A stretch of 64,000 nt of DNA from Euglena gracilis. Lineage: Eukaryota. The DNA is taken from NCBI GenBank assembly GCA_039621445.1, contig CP154954.1:22332954-22396953 (forward strand), in the 5' to 3' direction. Below the pieces are notes generated by a model, which was not told the origin of the DNA, ran no database searches, and was given only the letters and a program-made list of their open reading frames with translations. Shown here piece by piece: positions 9,830-20,359 of this stretch (the first letter of the stretch is position 1; every line of letters begins with the position of its first letter). A program made the position numbers and the translations under genes.

Positions 9830-12800
9830 GGGTGTGTGTGTGCTTTGCTTTGCGCATCAAAGCCATTCCAAGCCCCTACCATGCACTGGCCTTCACACCC
9901 CGCCTCTCCCAGCCGTTATGTTAGCTTAGTTGTTTGGAGGCGGATGCATGTGGAGACGAATCCTTGGCCTGCTTCACTCATGCCACCGTAGCAGTCCATC
10001 ACCAGTGGGATAAATGTCCAACCTCGTCGCTTGCAAGGCTCCCCATACTTGGCGATTTTGTCTTCTTCCTGTCGATTGTGCCATTTGTCCACCTGAGCTG
10101 GAGGTGACGTGGAGGGTGCAAGTGGGAGCCTCACTGTGACATCAATGGCTGCGGGACCATTTGCGTCGAATCGAGTGATAAAAACATCACCCGGTCGTGC
10201 TCCATCCCCAGCCTTTTCTTCTCGACGTGCAGGAAAGCCAGCTCGTTGTGCCAGATTCAAGACAAAGCTTTGCACTGCCCCGTGCCGCCGAACGAGGTTG
10301 TTACGGTGGCAGCAGACGAGGTGGTGGCCGGCTGTGTCAAGTGGACTCATGCATCGAGGACATCCAGGAGAGTTGCTTTCTTCTGTTTTTACCACAGGAG
10401 CGCCAAGCGTCCATTGGAGGAGGGCAACAAATCCTTTTGTGGGAACAAGGGTTTTTGTGCCAGCAGAGGGGACTGCACACGTCCGCTTCTCGCCGAAAAG
10501 GTACACCCAGCGTCTCCGGCGCGGGCCCCCCCCCCCCCCCCGGGGGGGGTCCGGCCCGGACCCACCCACCCACCCCCCCTCCCCCCAGGGGGGGGGTCCG
10601 CTGACTTAAAAAGAAGCCTGGTGGAGCCGAAAATTTTTGAAAATTGCCTTTAACGGGCTCGATTTTGGGGGGGTCCCTGCCCCCCCCCCCCCCCCCCGGG
10701 GGGTCCCGCGCTACCCTGGGTGGGTGGGGGGGACCCCCCCTCCCCCGGGGGTCTTAAAAAGAAGCCTGGTCCCCACAACCGACACTTGGACATATTCAGG
10801 GAAACCCCAATGAGGGGTCCTTCACGCAGAATGTATCGGACTGATGTTTCCAGTTGTTCTGGGGTGCCCACGAGATGGGCATCGTCCAAGTACCATGCTT
10901 GCCATCCGACCAGCTCACCCACTTTTTCAACCAGATTTTGAACTGCAATTGCGAACGCCGCAGGACCACATGGGTCACCATGTTGCACACCACTTTTGCT
11001 GCGGAAGGAGGTTGAACCGCAGCACAAAGTGGAATGCTCACTGTAGCAGCTCTCCATCCATGCTGTCATCTCAGGGCAGCGTTCTCGAACAGCGTCCAAC
11101 ATACCTTCACGGCGCAGGCAGTTGAAGGCATTTGCAAAGTCCAATTGCAGCACACCCCAATCTTGAGCACCTGTGTGATGGAGACAGCCAACAAGCTGCT
11201 GAAGCCCAATGGCGACAATGGAACAAGGATCAGAATGGCCAACACCGGACTGTCCAGGTAGATTGTTGCGAACTGCTGTTCTCACGACTTCCTGTCTCAT
11301 GATCACTTTTCCCACCAGACGACGCAGGCACTCGCCCGCTGCTATGGGCCTGGTTCCCTCTTCTTCTGGAGTAGGTGGGCATTGGTTGCCAAAATCATCG
11401 GTGTTTTTGGCTGCCTTCACTTTCCGCAAGGCTGTCAGTCTGGCTGCTGCCATGATTGCGGCAGGTCCTTTTGGCAAACCATTGTCAATGGTGCGGTAAC
11501 AGAAGATCGTGAGTTCGTCCAAAAGGTCATCTGCATGGCAACCTGCATCATGACCCAGCAAACACCGAAGGTGGTCGGGCCTCAAGCCAGAGGGGCCTGG
11601 GGAGGATTCTGGGCCAAAGCTGAAGACTGCCTTTCGCACTATGGTCCGGCGTTGTTGCATGTCTTCCTCAGAAGTGGCAGCTGGTAGCGAACGTCTCATG
11701 GTCGCCGGGCCAAGTCCAGGAGGCGGTTCATGTGGATGTAATTGCTGGAGGCGTTCGTGTACCAAGGGGTTGTCGGGGTCTTGAACGCCATCAGAAGTCA
11801 ACAAGTTGCAAGCTTTGGATACTGCACCCCTACCGACCAGTCGTTCTAGTCTGGAGACAAATTCTTCTTTTATTACTTCTTCCTCTTTCGAGGCAGCCAG
11901 TCTGGTACGTGGTCTCTTTCGTGTGTTAGTAGCTTCCACTGGAGCAGAGGTGTCCTTCCAACTCTCCAGCGTCGGGCGGCTTCGGTATTGTCGTGCACGA
12001 GCCTGCAGGATGCGACCAAGACGTTCCCAGTGACCGCGCCCACCACGGCCGAAGGGAGCCAGCACTGCCTTGGGGAAGCACCAAAGGGCGTGCAAGGCTT
12101 CCCAGGTGCTTTCCATTGCCTCAGAGCATCGAAATGAACATTGATGCCGCAACGCACCCCCTTTCAGGACGATCCCCTGACCTCCATCCAACTTGGGATG
12201 AAATCGCCCACGATCGCCATGGTTCCATCAACCTCATCCCTCGCGGGGCCATCCAAGCTGTGGCCGAGGTCTATTGCACACTCATGCGCCGCCTAAACGA
12301 ACAAACTCCAAAGCTGTCGATACCTGGATTTTTTTTTGACATCCGCATGTTTTTCACACCCGTAGGCACTAATCCGGCCGGCACATCAAAGTAGCTATCC
12401 CGGGGAACATAACGGGAACCCCCGATCAGTTTCCAGTTTTGGGGTCAAATCATGGTTTCCCGTGGGGCCATGTAAGTGGAACAGGAGCGGAGGCAGGATT
12501 GGATGGCACTTCGCTTTGAGCTAGGTCACCCCCAATAAGGTCCGGAAGGAGCTGTTGTAGATTCCGGCAATCTTGCGAAGTGGTTTCTAAAAGTGGGGCC
12601 AGGGTGGGTGGGACCGAGGCAGTTGCCATCAGGAAGCCGACGGCCCTCGCCGGATCCTCACTGAAGTCGATTTCAGTCTGTGGTGGTGCTGCGGGGCCTG
12701 GATTGGGCTGAATGTCACCACAGGATAAATTTCCTTCTCCGCGCCCCAAGCGACAGTGGTGACCTGTGTAAGCGCTGGGGTTTTGGTGCGTCATGGTGGG

Positions 12801-13172
12801 CATGCGTTCGGGCCAGCTCATCGTTTTCCTTTGGCGTTCAAATTTCGGAGGTCTGCAGGAATTGGGGGCTTTGGCTCCTGGGGTTGTTCTGGTTTTATGG
12901 TGAATTTTCGCTGCCAGGGTAGGCTGTGTGCTGTCTTTTGCAGGAGTGTAAGGAACAAGCACTTTTCTTTGTTTGGCCGACGTTGGGTGGTTTTTTCCTG
13001 TCAGCGGAGAGGGAACCTGGGGGTTGTCAAGTTCATTTTGCTGAGGTGGGAAGGTTGCAGGCCAGCAGAATCTGGCAGAACTGGCTGGCTGGGGGGCCAC
13101 GTTGCAGACCAAAAAGTGGATGTGCTGTCTGGCTGGGGGGCCACTGTTGCAGGCCAAAATGTGGAGGAACAT
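9830..13172 (-). mobile_element. CRE/SLACS-clade RLE non-LTR retrotransposon, copy A (disrupted)
   Basis: RT at 10770-12116 (SSPGPSGLRPDHL, RPIAAGECLRRLVGK, LQLDFANAFN, GVQHGDPCGP, WYLDD). CCHC finger plus restriction-like endonuclease at 9916-10480 (CPRC..H..CC..RRH..RPGD..AIDVTV). The thumb region is deleted or replaced by MITE sequence at ~10520-10768. Confidence 0.92.
12693..12719 (-). other. 2A-like (StopGo) motif GDIQPNPGP in the retroelement N-terminal ORF
   Basis: GGT GAC ATT CAG CCC AAT CCA GGC CCC within ORF 12450-13172. The consensus is D(V/I)ExNPGP; this copy has Q in place of E. Confidence 0.6.
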
Positions 13173-13224
13173 GGTTTGCCAGTTTGTCGGGGGCTTTTCA
13201 GGCTGAGAGCAAAAATGGTGTCAG

Positions 13225-13730
13225 GGGGGGGCCCTTGCAGGCCCATGGCCTTTGCAGGCCACTGGGACAAAATGCTGCAACAGGACAAAAAGGTGTCACA
13301 GGGGCCTTTGCAGGCCCAGGGCCTTTGCATGCCACTGGAGCAAAATGGTGTTGGAGGGGGGCCTTTGCAGGCCCAGGGCCTTTGCAGGCCACTGGGGCAA
13401 AATGGTGCAACAGACCGAAATGGTATCACAGGGGGGCAAAATGGTTTTCAATGTCAAGTCAAAACTGCTGCAAAATGTATCACAGCTTTTGGTGTAACAT
13501 GTGCTGTGAAATCTGGGGGTTTGCCACTTCAATTGATCAGAAGTTTGGGATGCAATGCAGAAAACAGAAGAGAAGACACTGGAGCTGAAAGTAGCACTTA
13601 ATGGTTGGCAGATGGGGGGCCTTTGCAGGCCCAAAGGGGGGGGCCTTTGCAGGCCCACGATGAGGGGCCTTTGCAGGCCCATGATGAGGGGCCTTTGCAG
13701 GCCCAGATGGAGGGGCCTTTGCAGGCCCAG
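13225..13730. repeat. Reiterated GGGGCCTTTGCAGGCCC motif array
   Basis: About a dozen copies in two clusters (13225-13395, 13615-13730), upstream of the retroelement ORF. Confidence 0.85.
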
Positions 13731-14024
13731 AAGGTACCAGCAGGGCTGAGAAGCCAAGGATAACAACAGCATGTGGAACTGCTGGAGCTGCTGATAAGGT
13801 CTGAGAAGCCCACTCCACTGTGGTCGTGTCCTGGACCTTCACTCCACCTTGGACTCGTCTTGGACTTGCACTTTTTCTTGGACTTGCACCCTTGTAAATT
13901 GGACTTGACACCCGTACTTGTAACTTGTACTTGTAAACTTGAACTGCACCAGGGACTTTCACTTCACCAGTACTTGTAACTTGAACCCCTCCAGGGGCTT
14001 TCACTTCTCGGCCATGTGATATGT

Positions 14025-14050
14025 CGAAAAAAAATAGACACTCATAAAGC
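14025..14050 (-). other. Genomic copy of the euglenid spliced-leader exon
   Basis: GCTTTATGAGTGTCTATTTTTTTTCG is 24/26 identical to the Euglena gracilis SL ACTTTCTGAGTGTCTATTTTTTTTCG as I recall it. It is followed by ACATATCAC-ATG, not by a GT donor. Confidence 0.85.
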
Positions 14051-14426
14051 GAACCGACACTATTTTTTGCGGTTGATATGACTTGCCTTTGGCTGATGAA
14101 AAAAAAAACTGAATGTCAAGGAGTTCTCCCCTCTAGGGTACTACTTTGAAAAAAACAACAACCAGTCTCTTCACCCTCCTGGGGGTCAGCGAATGACACA
14201 ATGACAGTGATTGGAGTGATTGGACGTTGCTCCTCTCGAGAAAGAAGCTGGGGGCGACACCGCAGGATGGAGGCTGCAATGAATCCATCGCACCGCAGGC
14301 GGCACTGATAGTCGATGTACGCCTCCACCGTGTGCAAGAAATGAGTCTCTGCCAGAGCAGTCTTGGTCTTCAGGATCCACCGAAGGTGCCTGTGCAGAAA
14401 AACACATTCAAAAGTGGAGGTTTAAT

Positions 14427-14943
14427 TAACCCCCCCCCCCAAATATAAGAAACCCGTTTCTTATATTTGGGTGTCGGCCGATCGGCCCAAAGGGTTTCTT
14501 ATATTTGGGGGTTTCTTATATTTGGGTGTCGAAGTCTGGCCCCAAGGGTTTCTTATAAATGGAACTTTTCTTCCTTTGGTTCCTTCATATAATCAATTAC
14601 GTGCAGGATTGTCCTCATGTCTGACTGCCATTCAAACAGTGGGGAAGGGGGTCGTGACACGGACAGGTGTTTCCAAAAAGCAGTTGTTTCTGAACTCTTG
14701 CTTTGCAAAGAAGCAATAGACTGGATTGGCTTCACCTTGGGTTGATCGCGCCTTGAGATTTGCTGTGACCCATGGTGAAAATGAGGGGTTTCTTATATTT
14801 GGATTGGCGTCCAACAGCCCAGGGGTTTCTTATATTTGGGGGTTTCTTATATTTGGGTGTCGGCTGAAAATCAGCCAAAGGGTTTCTTATATTTGGTGGT
14901 TTCTTATAGCGAGGGGTTTCTTATATTTGGGGGGGGGGGTTTA
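14427..14943. mobile_element. TA-bounded MITE, AAATATAAGAAACCC variant
   Basis: TAAC(C)nAAATATAAGAAACCC ... GGGTTTCTTATATTT(G)nTTTA. Confidence 0.8.
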
Positions 14944-16866
14944 GGGGACTGGGAAAACACTTTTTGGCCTTCCATTACATGCATGTCTCATTAAGAGCCC
15001 AGCACTATTCAAAACCTGGTCAAACAAGGGGGGGGGTAGTGGTACTGAGTTTATTGGAATCACCTGAAGGGGGAAGCAGCTGTTTTCGTCACATGGAAAG
15101 GGTTCGTGCATGTGTTGTTATAATTTTGAAAGCAAGCTGGATTTATGCATTGCAGCTGCGACTAGTGTTGCTGCTGTTCTCCCTCCACTTTGGTAGACCC
15201 CCTCTGATGTTTCAAACAAGTTATACAGGTAATTTGACGGGACCTCGAACACCATTGTGAATTTTTCTGCGGCCAGCAAGTGTTCCCTCCAACGGGGATG
15301 GTGTGAGACAGTGGGCAATTGTTTTTGCAACCGGCTGCAAATGGCTCCGTGGGGGCAGGTTTTGGGAGGCAACCTCATTTACTGTCTCTTTTTTTCGCAT
15401 TCTTTTTGAAATCCCAAAACACAAAAGGCATCGCTGTCTCTTGCTGCCCGTTGGGCGGCCTGAAAACTTAAAAATTTTGATGTATCTGTGCCATGATTTC
15501 AAAAAATTGCCACAGTTTTTGTCACATCAATGCCATACTTCAAAAAAGAGCACTACCGTCTCGTCCCCCCCCCCGGAATTTTTTTTTACCACCCTGAGTG
15601 CACTATGCACACACACATATGAATGTACTACAGCCGTACTGTAGTCTAGGCGGGGGGGCTGGGTGCGTTGGAGTGCCAAAAATTGAAGCCTGAATTGCGG
15701 CGAACGATTGGGGGGGGGCTATGGCACTCACACACGATGACCTCCTTGCTGGGACCCAGGCACAGGGGGGGGGGGGTCCCGCGGGACCCCCCTGTCGAGT
15801 TGCGAACTCAACTGGACCGGTCGAGTATGCCCACTTGTTGGCAACCACAGCCGTAATTGAGTGGTGTGGAGCAGCGGAGGCTAGGCAGTCGAGTTAAACC
15901 CCCCTCCTCCCCCTGTCTGGTTCAGTTCGGACCTCGACAGGGGGGTCCCGCAGGACCCGCCTGGGCTCCACCGTTGTTTTTTGTTATTCCAGCCCTCGGC
16001 ACCAGGCAACAAAAGTGCGGCAGTGTGCTCTATGTAAAATCCAACCCCCGACCCATGTTTTCATGTGTTTTAAAAGAATGCTTCATTCCACGCAGCTCAT
16101 GGATGGATTTTTCTGATACAAAGAAGTCAGTAAATCCACCATGGGCATTGTTGTGCGCACCAATTGGCATCGGTTGCCTTGTGTTGACTTATTTTCTCAC
16201 AATCGACATCCATGTTCCTTCGTTTGCCAAACAGCAAATTGTGGTATATCTCTCAATCTCCAAGCATTTGTGATTGTTTTTGTTTCAAAAGACCCGTGTA
16301 CCGGCCAGGCCGTATCCCAGGGCAAGGGCATCGGGACATTGAATCCAACAAATACCATGCCACCCCCCCTCCAATTTATCTCTGTCCCCCGAACCCTTTA
16401 CAGCCCAATGGGAACAATACGGGGAGGGGGACAGCGATACCTTTTTTTTGTTTTTTGGAAGTTTCAAACATCTTTTTTGGCAGATGTGCTTGAAATTTAC
16501 CATTTTTTTTCAAAGTCAATTTTGAGCACTTTTGGAACGTTCTTCATGAACAGCACCATGATGTGCTGTTCATCGTCACAGCAGCTGATGATGAACAGCA
16601 CATCATGTTGCTGTTCATCAGCAACATGAACAGCTTTGAAAAAAAAAGGTCAATTTCAAGCACTTTTGGGAACGTTCTTCATGAACAGCACCATGGCAGT
16701 GAACCATTTCTGTCCCGCCTCACGCATTACCCCGCATGAGGAAAAATGTGCACCATTCACAGGTGTTCTTGGGGGGACCTGTGAATGTTAACCGTCCCAC
16801 CGTTTGAAACTGTGTGCCCTTGGGGGCCCCTGTGGGCCCCAGGATATTAGAGTGGGGGGTACTGGC

Positions 16867-17039
16867 CAAGGTTCCCGTTTTTTTTTGTTTTAAAACAAAG
16901 CAAAAAAAACTTTCATGAATAAAAAACGGTCTAAAAACTTTTTTTTGTTTTTAAAAAGGGTGTTTTTTTAATTAAAACACCACAAATAGGAAAAAAACCT
17001 GTTTTAAACAACCTGTTTAAAAACGGCCCGGGAACCTTG
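16867..17039. mobile_element. 173-bp hAT-like MITE
   Basis: Perfect TIR CAAGGTTCCCG / CGGGAACCTTG and perfect 8-bp TSD GTACTGGC (16859-16866, 17040-17047). Confidence 0.92.
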
Positions 17040-19539
17040 GTACTGGCTTGTTGATCGACTGGTAGATCGTCCGGCCAGTTTGTCGATCGACCACTCGATC
17101 AATTAGCCACTCCAATGAAAGCGTGACGCACTTTTCAACAAAGCGCAACAGGGTTTACACATGTAATGTAATAATGGGGTTTGCTTTTTTGCATATGAAA
17201 CAAACAACGCATTTACCACAAGGGATGCTTTTATTTTGGCACCCTCCGAACAGTTGCAGGCCGGGGGGGGCCTTCGGGGCAAGACCGTCCAATTTCAGCA
17301 GAAAGGGCCCCAGAAAACCTCCAAAAAAGTCTGTTTCAAAAAATTTGAAATTTGCCAGATAACGAAAAGTCATGACCAATCCAACTGTGCACAAAAATTT
17401 GACCAGTTTTGTTTCGGTACCATGCCCCCCCCATGGGAGGTACATTATGGGGGGGTACAATATGCAGACCCGTGAACCGTCAAAAAAAGACCTTTAAATT
17501 TCTTCATAAGGAAATTGGGGGGGGTACATTATGGGGGGGGTACAATATGCCCCCAGAAAATGGCTCCCAGGGGGGGGTACAATATGGGGGGGCATGGTAT
17601 CTACAGATCGCCCTTGCTGAGAGCCTTCAATGGACGGGCAATTGGGCAGTTGAATGTGAGATTCGAGATCAGGGGGGCTGGTCGGCACGACTGACGAAGA
17701 TTTTCCAGGAGGGGGGTAGGGGTCCCATGCCATGCTGAGGGGTCCGACCAGGGGGGGGGGTCCCTTGACAACCCATGCAGAAAACACCAAAACACCAGTG
17801 TTACTTGAAAAGCAGAGAAATTGACAGTTTTGGTGAAAATATCATTTTGAATGAAAAAAAGCTGACAAAAAATATCAATGAAATTTTCATTCATTTGTGA
17901 TGATTGTTTTGACCCCTCAAATGAAGCAAAATGGCCTCATAGAAGACAAATTTGGTAAAATTGGACTATTTTGTGGCAAATGGTTGATTATTCTCCAAAA
18001 ATATGCAAAAAAATGGGGTGTTTTTGGACGGCGAAAAATTGCGAAATCAGTGTATCGGCATGCCGTGCCGAGGGGGTTAAGCCATCAGGGGGGGGGTTGC
18101 CGTGTCAAGGGGTTTCGGGGGGGGGGGGGGGTGCCGATCCCTCGCAGTCAGGACACACAATCGGCGGTTTTCAGAGTGCTGTGCAGTGTGGGTGAGTTCT
18201 GAGGCAATCATTCAGAATGTCTTGCCGTGACAGCAAATCAGCAAAAGTTCAAAACATTCATGGGGAGGTTCAACAACTTAGAGTGGGAGGGGGTACAGGC
18301 TAGTTGATCCACTAGCCAATCAACTGGCCAGTTGGTCGAACTACCCTCACCCCCCCCCCCCCGCCCGGGGTTCACAAAATTGTAGCTCGTCAGTGTGGAG
18401 GTAGGTGGCAGGGGGGGATTGATTTTCTACATCGAGAACTGTGTCCAAGACACCGGTTCGGGCGTGAACCCAGTGTCTAGGACACCGGTTCGGTCCTAGT
18501 CACCGGGTTCACGCCCGAACCGGTCTTGCACAGTTTTTGAAACCGTGTATCGGAGGCTCTGGGTTCACGCCCGAACCGGTGTCTAGGGACACACGGGAGG
18601 TTAGGCAGTACGGGGGGGGGGGGGCTGTGGACCCCCCGGTGAACTTCATCAGTGAACGTTCACCAGGGGGGGAGGGGGGGGTACTTTTGGCGGTGAAGTT
18701 CACCGGTGAAGTTCACCGGTGAACTTCACTGCTTTGATGGTTGGGGGTGAAATTTTCATGGGTGATAGATAGAGGGTCATTTTAGGTCCCCAGTGATTTC
18801 CTTTGATTGGCCATCATTGTGGAGATATTTAACGCTTGATGTTTTGGGTTGCTTTGATGTTTTTTGGGCCATTCCGGGTCAAAAAAAATCAAGAATTCAA
18901 AAACAATGCATTATTTGGAGCAAAATGCCTTTAAAGAGGCCACCACCCGGGCTAGCCGTGGAGTTGCAAGGAAATCAAATTGCCGTTAGATGGGGCGTTA
19001 AATGCTTGAATTTTGGTCAGTGGATTTCCTTTTATTTTGTTTCATTTCCAAACATCAATCTTTTGACCCCCCCCCCCAAACAAGCCCAAATTGCCGCAAA
19101 AAGGGCCAGAATTTGATTAACTTGGGGAACACAAAGAGTAGGAAAAAAAGAGAAGCATGGATGGATACATCCTTTATCGCCCCTGGACACTGTTTTGGCC
19201 ACCGACGTTTGTTTGCCGGCTCGTTTTTGTGGCCCAAAACAGCCATTTTGGGCGTTTTTGGGGACTGTTTGGGGGGGGGGTCAAAATCCATTTTGACAAA
19301 ATTGCTCAACGATGAAGCAAACAAAAGGAAATGTCTGGATACCAAAAACGAAGCCTTGGAACGCCGCATCCAGGGGCACAACATTTTCGTCTGACAGACA
19401 CTTTTGGCAATAATGCGTGTTTTCTCGAGATATTTTTGAATGAATCGATTTTTTTTTACTGTGTATGGAGGCTCTGGGTTCACGCCTGAACCGGTGTCTT
19501 GGACACCGGTTCGGGCGGGAAACCGGTGATTTGGACAAC

Positions 19540-20359
19540 CAGAGAGGCTTCTTGGCGTTCTGTTGATTGCTCTGACACGCTTTTTGTTTTGGGTATTTCA
19601 CCAAAACTTCGGTCACCCCCCTCCCGCTCTGACGGATGAAAACACCCCACCATCAGCTCCAAAAACTTCTCAGGCCTTTGGCCCAAATTGTAGGCAATCA
19701 ACAATACAATAAATTCATCCTCTGGCTCTCCAAAAAGTGGTTCCAGTTTGTCAAGTCAAAGAGTCACAAAATTTCTTCCTCAGACACTACAGGCACCTCC
19801 TGTTCTTCGGCTTTTTGCTACTTCTCGCGAAGAGAAGCGGCGTTGAAAAAAGCACAAAATTGTGGATAATGTGGCTGCACCGAAGGCACAAAGGGGCCGA
19901 TATGGGAGGGCACTTCCCTGTACAAAGCAGCCAGAGCGTTGACCATCGTGGTCAACGTGGAGGGGAACCAGGACCGATCCTTGCACCTTGGCATTAGCAC
20001 AAATTTCTTTGCATTGGGCGGCAGCTGCCTGTTGCTTCTCGTCACCGTGATCAAAAAGGCACGTGACCTTTACTGTCCAAAGGGCAAATGAAGAGCCAGT
20101 CGTCCAGTTTGTCATACGTTGCCCCACGCAGCTGGCAAACCTTTTGGAAATCCCGGGCAGCTGCCAGCGCCACCATTTTGCCTTTCGCAAGACCACCACG
20201 GGGGCAACTGTTGACAAATGTTTCCCCAAACAAAAGTGAGTGGGCTGCTGGGGTTTCCCGAGGTGCGGCGGCAGCCTCAAGACCTGCCAAAAATTCTGCT
20301 GGTGTGGGGGGTTGGGGCAGCGCACTGGTGCACACGGTAGTAACCTGGCCGGCGTACAT
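19540..20359 (-). pseudogene. Tyrosine recombinase (Crypton-like) pseudogene, copy 2
   Basis: Joined frames read LPQPPTPAEFLAG...PSTLTTMVNALAALY...VSEEEIL*LFD...LLIAYNLGQRPEKFLELMVGCF (box-I-like, Arg at 19675-19677)...VKYPKQKACQSN (catalytic-Lys-like). It contains stops and frameshifts, and the H-x-x-R/Y part is missing. Confidence 0.7.

Noticed and set aside
14025-14120. Functional SL RNA gene
   Set aside because: No GT donor or SL intron follows the 26-nt exon, and no tandem SL/5S unit is visible.
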